Shown one piece after another: positions 29,104 through 37,830 of a stretch of DNA of 63,499 nt. The stretch comes from an uncultured Candidatus Saccharibacteria bacterium (GTDB lineage: Bacteria > Patescibacteriota > Saccharimonadia > Saccharimonadales > AWTP1-31), in the NCBI GenBank assembly GCA_964369045.1, contig CAYJDY010000001.1, forward strand, positions 1 to 63,499, in the 5' to 3' direction. The notes under the pieces are model-generated. The model saw only the letters and a list, made by a program, of their open reading frames with translations, did no database searches and was not told where the DNA came from. Position 1 is the first letter of the stretch. Every line of letters starts with the position of its first letter. The position numbers and the translations under genes were made by a program.

Positions 29104-29172
29104 AAAACATTAAAAAAAGCAATGCATGACTTTGCGTTAATGCTATAAACGTGTAAAAATGGTGTCACGTCT

Positions 29173-30135
29173 ATGTCGCGTAAGAAAATAGTATTACTAC
29201 TTGTTGGGGTGGCTACAACTACTCTGATGGGAGTGGCAGTCCATGTTCGTGCCGATAAAAGTAATCAATCAACTGCCAAATCAAACTCCCGCGCTAGCAG
29301 TAGAAATAAAACGGCCGTAACTCCTATAAAAGCCAAAGCGAAAGTAATGACCAAAACGAATACTGTTAAGGCAGAAACTCCGCAAACATCAGTTGCTCCA
29401 GTAAAGACGGTTGCTTGGCAAGAAAACTTTGCTAGCTATACGACCAACGTGCCCAACCCAGCATATTGGAATACTGCAGGTGCTAACCAACCGATATATA
29501 ACGAAGAGGCGCAGAAGTACGATGCCAGTACGCAGAGCGTACGAATTGAGGGTGGTAACTTAGTCATCGAGGCACGCAAAACACCAACTGGATATACATC
29601 GGGCATGGTCGACACGAAAGGTAAAGTTAAGATTACGCAAGGTAGTCGACTAGAGGCGCGTATCAAATTACCAAAAGGTCGCGGTGTATGGCCAGCATTT
29701 TGGTTATTATCTGATAACCAACCATACACCAGTGCTCTAAATCCAACTGCCACTGATTGGGATTCAGAGCGGTTCTATATGCATGACGGGGAAGTCGACA
29801 TTATGGAATCTTATGGTACCTACCCTGGTGTGGTCGAAGCAACACTACATACATTTGCCCAAAGTACTGAACGTTCAGTTTCTTCAATCGACAACAACTT
29901 TCATACCTATTGGATGGAATGGACAGAAGAAAAACTCGTTATGGGTGTTGATGATAAAGTGATTAGCTCAATTCCGGCAAACCCGGACCCTACCAAGTGG
30001 CCACTTACCAGCAGTAATCAGATGTATGTCATTTTGAACCTTGCTTTGGGTGGAACCGGTGGCGGGCAGATTATTCCCGCCGTTGGCGACAACTGGCAAA
30101 TGCAAGTCGCCTCAATTAATTATCAACGGCTATAG
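29173..30135 (+). CDS. Secreted glycoside hydrolase family 16
   Basis: Signal-anchor, GVWPAFWLL, and catalytic ExDxxE as EVDIME. Paralog of 1..990. Confidence 0.85.
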   Translation: MSRKKIVLLLVGVATTTLMGVAVHVRADKSNQSTAKSNSRASSRNKTAVTPIKAKAKVMTKTNTVKAETPQTSVAPVKTVAWQENFASYTTNVPNPAYWNTAGANQPIYNEEAQKYDASTQSVRIEGGNLVIEARKTPTGYTSGMVDTKGKVKITQGSRLEARIKLPKGRGVWPAFWLLSDNQPYTSALNPTATDWDSERFYMHDGEVDIMESYGTYPGVVEATLHTFAQSTERSVSSIDNNFHTYWMEWTEEKLVMGVDDKVISSIPANPDPTKWPLTSSNQMYVILNLALGGTGGGQIIPAVGDNWQMQVASINYQRL

Positions 30136-31653
30136 TTCGTTTAGGACGGTGATGCGTGCGCCAAGGCTGTTGAGTCGTTCGGCCAAATCCTCGTAACCAC
30201 GGTTGATGGTATACACGTTTCGGAGTATTGATGTGCCTTCTGCAGCAAGCATCCCGATGAGTAGTAGACTTGCGGGGCGAAGTGCTGGCGGACAAACAAC
30301 ATCGGCATTGGTGAATTTAGTTGGACCCTGTACGTAGATTCGGTGTGGATCTGCTAGTTCAACGTTCGCACCAATCTTAGTTAGCTCGGTGTAGTAAATG
30401 GCTCGGTTCTCGAACATCCAATCGTGGATGAGTGTTCGGCCTTTCGCCACCGCAACAATTGGTACAAAATAAGGTATGTTATCTGGGTTGATACCTGGCC
30501 ATAAATTTGGATGCAGTTTGTCGGCGAGAGCCACCAAGTTGCCGTTATGTTTGTTAATTGTCAGATCAACGAGATCGATAACACCGTTATTTGCTTTGTA
30601 ACGTTCCGAGGTATGGAAGACAAGCCCCATTATTTTTAGCTTAAATAGCTCTAGCCCGATCCAATCAATTGGAACTCGCTCGATAACGATATGCGAGTTA
30701 GTAGTCACTGCGGCAGATATAAAGAACATCGCCTCAATTGGATCTTCTGTCGGTGCGTAGGTAATATTTTTCTTGATTGATGCAACGCCAGTTACTGTCA
30801 AGGTAGAAGAGCCTATGCCAGTGATCTTAATACCGAGCTTTTGCAGGAATAGACATAGGTCTTGCACCATGTAATCAGCGCTAGCGTTTTGAATAACGGT
30901 TGTCCCATGAGTTCGTGCAGCCGCCATTAGAGCGTTATTAGTTACTGTGTTCCCCGCCTCGTATAAAATCACATGTTCAGAAGGGACCTTTTTATCGACG
31001 ACCACGTCATAGCGACCTGTTCGTGCTTTTACTCCAACACCGAAGTGCTCTAGAGCAAGTAAGTGTGGCTCAACGGTTCGTGTGCCAAGTTTACAACCAC
31101 CAGCGTAAGGAATCTTGAACGACGTATAGTCGTGCATGAGTGGGCCAAGTAGCATTAGTACGCTACGAGTTTTTCGGGCAGACAGCGCGTTAATCTTGGA
31201 TAGATCGAGTTTTGCAGGGCGACGAATCTCGAGGTCGTTATTTGGTTGCCACTTTACTTTCACACCGATGCTCTCTAGCACTTCAATGATTCGGTTTACT
31301 TCCTCAATACGCGGAAAGGCTTTGAAACGTGTAACTCCGTAGTTAAGCAAGCTGGCACAAAGCAGGGCAACGGCCGCATTTTTACTGGTCTTTAGTGGGA
31401 TAGAGCCATGGAGTTCGTGACCACCTTCGATTCGGAGGTTTACACCACCTTTACCAATTTGGATCAGTGGTTTATTTAGCACATCACTAATTCGGCCAAG
31501 CGTTTCCAGGCTAAGGTTCTGTTTACCATGTTCTATACGGTTAACCGCAGACTGGCTGGTGCCAAGCTGTTTGGCAAAAGCGGCCTGCGTGAGGCCTCTC
31601 TCTTGTCGTATTTGGTAAATAAGAGTGCCAATCTTCTCGTTAGTTGTCGACAT
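30130..31653 (-). CDS. murA: UDP-N-acetylglucosamine 1-carboxyvinyltransferase (MurA) fused to an N-terminal XRE-type HTH domain
   Basis: Residues 1-65 are IRQERGLTQAAFAKQLGTSQSAVNRIEHGKQNLSLETL (Cro/C1 HTH). The rest is MurA-like, with the active-site region YAGGCKLGTRTVEPH. 507 aa, about 70-85 aa longer than typical MurA (about 420-440 aa). Confidence 0.85.
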   Translation of the reverse strand: MSTTNEKIGTLIYQIRQERGLTQAAFAKQLGTSQSAVNRIEHGKQNLSLETLGRISDVLNKPLIQIGKGGVNLRIEGGHELHGSIPLKTSKNAAVALLCASLLNYGVTRFKAFPRIEEVNRIIEVLESIGVKVKWQPNNDLEIRRPAKLDLSKINALSARKTRSVLMLLGPLMHDYTSFKIPYAGGCKLGTRTVEPHLLALEHFGVGVKARTGRYDVVVDKKVPSEHVILYEAGNTVTNNALMAAARTHGTTVIQNASADYMVQDLCLFLQKLGIKITGIGSSTLTVTGVASIKKNITYAPTEDPIEAMFFISAAVTTNSHIVIERVPIDWIGLELFKLKIMGLVFHTSERYKANNGVIDLVDLTINKHNGNLVALADKLHPNLWPGINPDNIPYFVPIVAVAKGRTLIHDWMFENRAIYYTELTKIGANVELADPHRIYVQGPTKFTNADVVCPPALRPASLLLIGMLAAEGTSILRNVYTINRGYEDLAERLNSLGARITVLNEL

Positions 31654-31834
31654 ATTGCTCCAATATATACTTTATAAGGTATTAGTGCAAGTAACCTTAT
31701 TCTTTTTGTCTTTTTGAAACTGTAGTGTTATTTTACTCCATCTCTATCTATCTTGGTAGTGCGTAAGGTATGATAAAAGGTATGATCTGATGAAAACCTA
31801 CCTTCTGCCAAAAATTATGAAACGGAGTTAAATT

Positions 31835-33115
31835 ATGAACGATAAAGCGATTGCTGATCTAATAAAAGCCGAAGAAAAAAGGCAACGTGAAGGGCTAGAG
31901 TTAATTCCGAGTGAAAACTATGTGAGCCGAGACGTATTAACGGCGATGGGGAGTGTCTACACAAACAAATACTCCGAAGGTTATCCAGGAAAGCGCTACT
32001 ACGGCGGACAAATAAATACTGATAAGGTCGAGACTATCGCCATCGATCGCGCCAAGAAAATCTTTGGAGCTGACCATGCAAATGTCCAACCACATTCGGG
32101 TGCGCCAGCTAATATAGCCGTGTACCAGGCCTGGCTCAATCCAGGTGATACCGTTATGGCTATGCGCCTCGATCATGGTGGCCACCTTACACACGGTCAT
32201 CCAGTAACCAGTAGTGCCAAACTATACAACTTTGTTCGCTATGGCATCAAGGACATCGAAACAGGTGAGATCGACTACGAGGCCATGCGTGAAGTAGCCA
32301 TGAAAGAACGCCCAAAAATAATCCTAGCTGGCTTTAGTGGTTTTCCACGCTCCCTCGATTACAAAAAGTTTGCCGAGATCGGGAACGAGTGTGGGGCAGT
32401 CCTGATGGCTGATATGGCACATATTGCCGGACTAATTGCCGGTAAGGTGCTACCAAATCCGTTCGACTATGGCTTCCACATCATTACCACTACCACACAC
32501 AAAACACTGCGCGGACCACGTGGTGGTCTGATACTTACCAAGGGAACAGCAGGCAATACCCTGAAGGCACCAGAAAAAACCATAGAAAATCTGCCAACAC
32601 TCATTGACCGTGAGATTTTCCCTGGGTTCCAAGGCGGGCCTCACATGCATACTATTGCAGCTAAGGCGGTCGCTTTCCGCGAAGCACTACAGCCTGAGTT
32701 CAAAACATATGCCCAGGCAATAGTCGATAATGCCAGCAAGTTGGCTGATGAACTTCAGGCGAAAGGCTTCAAGTTGGTTACAAATGGAACCGATAACCAC
32801 ATGATTATGATCGATATGCCTAAGAGCTTTGAAGGCGTGACGGGCCGTGACGCGCAGGATATTCTGGACGAAATAGGGCTGAATGCTAACTGTAATGCTG
32901 TTCCTGACGATCCTTTGCCACCATACCGACCGAGCGGACTGCGTCTTGGTACCCCGGCCATTACAACTCGTGGGCTAAAAGAAAAAGACATGGCGCAAGT
33001 TGCCGAGTGGATGCACTCAGCAATCAAGCATCGCAAAGATGCTAAAAAGTTGAAGACCCTTGCGCAGGAGGTCAAAGAGTTCGCACTGCAGTTCCCGCTA
33101 CCCAGCGATATCTAG
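31835..33115 (+). CDS. glyA: Serine hydroxymethyltransferase
   Basis: LIPSENY, and the TTTHKTLRGPRGG PLP-lysine motif. Confidence 0.97.
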   Translation: MNDKAIADLIKAEEKRQREGLELIPSENYVSRDVLTAMGSVYTNKYSEGYPGKRYYGGQINTDKVETIAIDRAKKIFGADHANVQPHSGAPANIAVYQAWLNPGDTVMAMRLDHGGHLTHGHPVTSSAKLYNFVRYGIKDIETGEIDYEAMREVAMKERPKIILAGFSGFPRSLDYKKFAEIGNECGAVLMADMAHIAGLIAGKVLPNPFDYGFHIITTTTHKTLRGPRGGLILTKGTAGNTLKAPEKTIENLPTLIDREIFPGFQGGPHMHTIAAKAVAFREALQPEFKTYAQAIVDNASKLADELQAKGFKLVTNGTDNHMIMIDMPKSFEGVTGRDAQDILDEIGLNANCNAVPDDPLPPYRPSGLRLGTPAITTRGLKEKDMAQVAEWMHSAIKHRKDAKKLKTLAQEVKEFALQFPLPSDI

Positions 33116-33153
33116 TCAGTAAGTTGCAAATAACCCAAATCATGTCATTTGAG

Positions 33154-33174
33154 TGAGAGGACGGACCTCTCACA
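33154..33174. repeat. Hairpin-forming palindromic element, copy 3, between convergent glyA and murB
   Basis: GTGAGAGGACGGACCTCTCAC, identical to 1067..1087. Flanks AGTGAGAGG...CTCACA are also shared. Confidence 0.8.
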
Positions 33175-33207
33175 TCCGTCTTCTGTCTTCTATCTTCCAC
33201 TGTAGGA

Positions 33208-34245
33208 CTATGAAGAAATTAATTCTGGTTCTTGACGCAGCGTAATGCCAAATTCGTGATGCACATCGCGAATGATTCGGTCCCGAAATATAATTAGGTC
33301 AGCGGTATGGGTCGCCTTCTCATTGACCAGGACTAGTGATTGGGTCGGCCAGGTTGCCATGCCTGTTTTGGAATCGTGGAAGTTTTTGAATCCAACTTTT
33401 TCGATGAGCCACGCGGCTGAAACTTTTACTCTACCATCGCTTGTTGGCCAACCAGGAATAGTGCTATATTTTTTGGAAATTTTATCGAAGAGGACCTTCG
33501 AAATTATTGGGTTGCCGAAGAATGAGCCGTTGTTGGCGATCTTCTTGGGGTCCGGTAGTTTTCGACTTCGCACATCAATCACTGCATCGCGAATAATCTG
33601 TGGAGTATACTTTTTGACGCCAGCCTCATCCAACGTCTTTTGAAGTGTTGGATAAAAGGGCGGGGTGGGTAAGTCAGTGCTTAGGAGAAATTTGAGTGAA
33701 GTAATAAAGAAGCGTGATCGGTCGGTCGTATTGAACCGGCTCGTTCGGTAACCGAATTTGCATTGTTCGCCCAAGATCGTCACGAATGCTTTTTTGTGAC
33801 TGTCATAGGCCTCGATACTGACAAGCGTATCGGCTACTTCTTGGCCGTATGCTCCAACATTTTGCACAGGAGTTGCACCTACAGTACCTGGGATAAGTGA
33901 TAACGCTTCGATACCGTGTAGCCCAGCTTTAGTGGACTGTAGTACTATTTTGTCCCAGTTTTCACCTGCCCCAACTTCTAAATATGACGATTCGGAGTCC
34001 ACTTTTGTGATCTTTATTCCGCGAATTTTATTAACCAATACGAGTCCGTCAAAACCATCATCACTCCAGACGATATTGCTGCCAATACCGATCATTATGA
34101 CCGGTAGTTTTTTTTCTTCAGCCCATTCTAGCGCATTTGGTATGTCCGATTTGTCGCTAATGTTGGCTAAGTACTTAGCATTACCACCAAGTCGCATAGT
34201 TGAGTGTGCGCTCAGTGAAACGTTGGTTTGCAGGTTCATGTACAC
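33208..34245 (-). CDS. murB: UDP-N-acetylenolpyruvoylglucosamine reductase
   Basis: FAD-binding N-domain (TMRLGGNAKY, IGIGSNIV) and MurB C-terminal domain (GSFFGNP). Confidence 0.9.
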   Translation of the reverse strand: MYMNLQTNVSLSAHSTMRLGGNAKYLANISDKSDIPNALEWAEEKKLPVIMIGIGSNIVWSDDGFDGLVLVNKIRGIKITKVDSESSYLEVGAGENWDKIVLQSTKAGLHGIEALSLIPGTVGATPVQNVGAYGQEVADTLVSIEAYDSHKKAFVTILGEQCKFGYRTSRFNTTDRSRFFITSLKFLLSTDLPTPPFYPTLQKTLDEAGVKKYTPQIIRDAVIDVRSRKLPDPKKIANNGSFFGNPIISKVLFDKISKKYSTIPGWPTSDGRVKVSAAWLIEKVGFKNFHDSKTGMATWPTQSLVLVNEKATHTADLIIFRDRIIRDVHHEFGITLRQEPELISS

Positions 34246-34343
34246 ATCATACTTTAATTGCTAATGCTTCGTACAGCTTAGGCCGGCGCGAGTCATATTA
34301 GCGTTGTACTCTTGTTCCTGTTGCCTCCAAGGAGTAAAATAGA

Positions 34344-34916
34344 ATGGTGAGCGAGAATAAAAGACTAGAACAACCATACCTGAATCTTGGAAAAAAACTT
34401 AAAGCTGTACGCGTAGAGCTAAAGCGGAGCGTATCAGAAGTTTCTGGCGCAGTCGAAATAGATAACAGTACTCTGGAACAAATCGAACGTGGTGAACAGC
34501 GACCTGCAGAAGAAATCCTGGCTCTACTCATTAGTTACTTTGAATTGAAAGATGATGCTGCTAGCAAGCTTTGGAAACTAGCTGGCTATGAAGATAAAAA
34601 TCCATTATCACAAACGACGTTTGAGCTTGGGCAGCCAATTGCCATGATGATGCCTATGGACTTGCGTGTTGTTTATACGGATATGGTTCACGTTATGATC
34701 AATAATTACGGTGTAGTTATGAACTTCATGCAGGGCGCTGGCCAAGGTGGTCAACCACTGGCAGTTGCACGGATCGGAATGAGTAAGGAGCACGCACGCT
34801 CAGTACTCGAGATCCTTGATGAATCGCTAAAACAAGCCGAGAAAAAAGACGCACCAAAGCTATTAAACTCTGCCAAAAAGAAAACAGACCAAGCAGACAA
34901 TAAAAAAGAGAAGTAG
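34344..34916 (+). CDS. XRE-family HTH protein with DUF3467-like C-terminal domain
   Basis: HTH LGKKLKAVRVELKRSVSEVSGAVEIDNSTLEQIERGE. The C-terminal VVMNFMQ...ARIGMSKEHARSVLEIL resembles DUF3467. AAGGAG RBS. Confidence 0.6.
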   Translation: MVSENKRLEQPYLNLGKKLKAVRVELKRSVSEVSGAVEIDNSTLEQIERGEQRPAEEILALLISYFELKDDAASKLWKLAGYEDKNPLSQTTFELGQPIAMMMPMDLRVVYTDMVHVMINNYGVVMNFMQGAGQGGQPLAVARIGMSKEHARSVLEILDESLKQAEKKDAPKLLNSAKKKTDQADNKKEK

Positions 34917-34926
34917 ACCCTTTCGC

Positions 34927-35100
34927 TCAGGAATCGATATAATTGTTAATGAGGGTGTACACCCATATGCCAACGCCCAGCCCGACGATTCCCCCAATTA
35001 TTCCCCATATAGAGAAGTAGCTGGCATGCCAGAGTGATGGTATCCAGGAGCCGAGGCCCGAAAAGATGGTGATCGAACCGTAAAGTACGATTTTATTCAT
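34927..35100 (-). CDS. 57-aa small membrane protein (not in the ORF track)
   Basis: Hand translation: MNKIVLYGSITIFSGLGSWIPSLWHASYFSIWGIIGGIVGLGVGIWVYTLINNYIDS*. TACAAT box lies 6 nt upstream of the ATG. Confidence 0.45.
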   Translation of the reverse strand: MNKIVLYGSITIFSGLGSWIPSLWHASYFSIWGIIGGIVGLGVGIWVYTLINNYIDS

Positions 35101-35327
35101 AACCACATTGTAACGCTAAGAGCACGAAGAACTATAATTAGGTTGTGAGTTACTCGATTGTAGCGTATAATCACCCCTGTTCTAACTTTATATTTGGGTA
35201 TGTCCTAATCGTGAAAAGAGAGGATTCTTTTCACGAAAGAGGAGGCGCAGTGGTATGCTAGTTAGCTGGACGAACGTAGATTCATTCTAGGTTCGTCGGA
35301 TTGCTAGCATCGAGCTATCGCCGACGA

Positions 35328-35404
35328 GCACTCGTAGCTCAGCTGGATAGAGCATCTGTCTTCGGAACAGAGGGTCGGGGGTTCGAATCCCTCCGAGTGC
35401 ACCA
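35328..35404 (+). tRNA. tRNA-Arg (anticodon UCG), CCA encoded
   Basis: Cloverleaf folded by hand: acceptor GCACTCG/CGAGTGC, D arm GCTC/GAGC, anticodon arm TCTGT-CTTCGGA-ACAGA, T arm GGGGG-TTCGAAT-CCCTC. Confidence 0.9.
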
Positions 35405-35919
35405 AGTTTGACTTTATGTTCTTGCACGTCAATCAAACACCGGTAAAACGGGTCGATTTGAGTGTTCGAATAGCCTGGGTAGCTCCAGTTGAGTCCTTCA
35501 GGAAATATCGAACACATTAGGACTCTTTTCTGTTTTAACAGGGATGATTCAAATGTATCATTTAAATTCGTGAACTTGTTTTGAATGAATATTGTAATAG
35601 TTTCCAAATTGTATTTATCAATCACTGAGTCGCTTTTAGCTGCCTGTAAGCCGCCAATCTTTTCTTCTAGTAACTTATTCTGTTCTTTGAAGATATCGTC
35701 TGAATAGACGCCATTCAAGTTTTTTTGGATTAGTGATTGACGAAGTTCATAGATTTTTTTCAGTTCAGTATCTGCTTCTTCGCGCTTATTACGTAGTGCT
35801 CCTAGACGTAGGAAGTAGGTTTGCTTTAGGTAGGCATTAATCAGCTTCACTGTTTCTGGTTGTAAGCTAATCCTATCGAGTAGCTGCGAAGTTGTGTCTT
35901 CAATTACTTTAACTGGCAC
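35405..35919 (-). pseudogene. Remnant of a recombinase gene (C-terminal coiled-coil portion only), abutting the tRNA-Arg 3' end
   Basis: The ORF has no catalytic N-terminal domain, and its frame opens only at 35952. Its 3' end reads through the antisense of the tRNA. The Lys/Glu-rich coiled-coil and FPEGLNW-type tail resemble C-termini of large serine recombinases, judged from memory only. Confidence 0.35.
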
Positions 35920-35964
35920 TGAAGAACCAGTACCGCAGTATCGCCAGACCCTTTAAACGGTAAC

Positions 35965-37755
35965 TTGCTGATCGAACTTAATGGTAGTAATGCAGGGGTT
36001 GCTGCCGAAGGCTTTCAATTTAGCGGTGGAGCATCTGGAGGGGCTGGAAGTAGTGTCCGCGGATTGGTCATAAATAATTTCAGCGGCTCAGGATTTATAA
36101 TAGGTGCTAATGATGTAACGGTAGCTGGTACCTATATCGGGACTGATACAGATGGCTTGATAGATCAAGGAAACTTAGGAGCGGGGATAACTACAAACGG
36201 CGGGTCAGTTGCTGCCCGAGGTGCAACAATCGGTGGCCTTAATCCGGCTGATCGCAATTTAATTAGTGGTAATGAAGACTCAGCAGCGTATCCCCTTTCT
36301 GACTGGGTTATCCAGGGTAACTACATAGGACTAGACGTTACCGGAGAATCTGCGCTTCCAAATTCGTCCACGCAGGCCTCGGGCGCGTTCTCGATTGACA
36401 ACTGTTCTGACGTTACGATTGGCGGAACAGTTGTTGGGGCAACTAACGTCATCTCCGGAAATGCGAGCCACGGTCTAGCTCCAGACAATTCACCAGGAAT
36501 AGTAATCGAGGGTAACTTGATTGGCACTGACTGGACTGGACAAGTCGCAATTCCAAATCAGTCAGGAGTTACCATTTCTGGCGATCAAACAGGATCAGTT
36601 ATCGGAGGGACGACTCCAGAGGCGCGCAATATTATTTCTGGAAATAGTATCGCGGGTATTATCGCGGGAGCTACGGGAGGGCCACACATCGAAGGTAACT
36701 ATGTAGGTCTAAATATCGATGGCGACACACCAATTCCAAACGAAACCGGTATTCTTGCTGCAGGGTCAGACATAATTATAGGAGGTGGAAGTACGAGTAC
36801 CCGAAACGTTGTATCTGGAAATATTGCCTTCAATGTTTCAGTTCAAGGGATTCTTGCACCGACAGTTGATAACGAGGTAAGGGGCAACTATATTGGCACG
36901 AATGCGGCAGGTGACGTTGATTCAGCGATAACAAGCGTACAGGGTGAAGGTGTTCGGATAGCGGGTGATTCTTCGGACAACATCGTTACTGGTAATCGTA
37001 TTGCTGGAAATCGTGATAGCGGCGTCGGAGTAAGGTCTTTGACGATAACACAATTCTCGGCAACTGCAACGCCAGGTAATAATGCAATTTTGGGAAACGA
37101 AATTTATTCCAACATACCTGGTGGCACTATAAATGATGGTGAAGGTAGTGGCATCGATATATATACGGCAACAGTTGCCAGCCTAGGCTTTCCTGCAGAT
37201 ATTCTAGCCGATAGCTACACGGAACGTGGTAATACTGTTAACGATCCAACGGATGTAGATACGGGCCCAAATGGATTCATGAATACCCCGATCATTAACA
37301 CTGCCACACAGAATGGCGCTGAGTTGACGGTCAATTTTGATCTTTATGCGGCAGATAGCCCTGTCGATCAGTACAGAGTCGAGTTTTTTGCAAACGATAC
37401 TGCCGATTATGGTTCTGGCAAGGCATACCTTGGGGCAATAACCTCCGCCAATGGTGATAGCCAGAATGAGTCTTTTACGTTGCCGGCCAGCTATAATACG
37501 CAAGGTAAATATATCAGTGCAACAACTACAGCGCTAAATGCGAGCACTAACTCAGGGTTCGGTAGTACATCAGAATTTTCAGGTAATGTTTTGGCGAGCG
37601 TCACCACTGCACCAGTGACTGCAGTGGCCAACAACGGAGCTTTGGCTAAGACAGGTGATGAAATCTCAAATTACATACTCATGGGCGTAGGGGCATCGGC
37701 CACAGGCCTAGCTATTGCACTGGGTCGCAAGCGTTTCGTCAAATATCGGGTTTAA
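35965..37755 (+). CDS. Parallel beta-helix repeat surface protein with LAKTG sortase signal; N-terminally truncated (no signal peptide)
   Basis: Many G-x-N-x-I-S-G-N repeats (PbH1-like). C-terminus LAKTG, then a hydrophobic helix, then RKRFVKYRV. The frame opens at 35923, right at the recombinase-remnant junction. Confidence 0.65.
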   Translation: MLIELNGSNAGVAAEGFQFSGGASGGAGSSVRGLVINNFSGSGFIIGANDVTVAGTYIGTDTDGLIDQGNLGAGITTNGGSVAARGATIGGLNPADRNLISGNEDSAAYPLSDWVIQGNYIGLDVTGESALPNSSTQASGAFSIDNCSDVTIGGTVVGATNVISGNASHGLAPDNSPGIVIEGNLIGTDWTGQVAIPNQSGVTISGDQTGSVIGGTTPEARNIISGNSIAGIIAGATGGPHIEGNYVGLNIDGDTPIPNETGILAAGSDIIIGGGSTSTRNVVSGNIAFNVSVQGILAPTVDNEVRGNYIGTNAAGDVDSAITSVQGEGVRIAGDSSDNIVTGNRIAGNRDSGVGVRSLTITQFSATATPGNNAILGNEIYSNIPGGTINDGEGSGIDIYTATVASLGFPADILADSYTERGNTVNDPTDVDTGPNGFMNTPIINTATQNGAELTVNFDLYAADSPVDQYRVEFFANDTADYGSGKAYLGAITSANGDSQNESFTLPASYNTQGKYISATTTALNASTNSGFGSTSEFSGNVLASVTTAPVTAVANNGALAKTGDEISNYILMGVGASATGLAIALGRKRFVKYRV

Positions 37756-37830
37756 GCCCAAGTACGCAATAGTGGGGTTTGCAAGCCATTTAGGCTTGCA
37801 GATTCTGTGCAAAATGTGGATAGTAGAGCC

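Noticed and set aside
31700-31834. Possible riboswitch or T-box leader upstream of glyA (ZTP/pfl, THF and T-box elements are known near folate/C1 genes)
   Set aside because: None of the conserved cores I know is readable: the ZTP CCGCCTGGGC pseudoknot segment, the T-box AGGGTGGNACC, or the THF junction. The region is better described by the repeated AAGGTA motif.
37781-37799. Hairpin GCAAGCC-attta-GGCTTGC after the beta-helix gene as a terminator
   Set aside because: No T tract follows on either strand, so it was not called a terminator.
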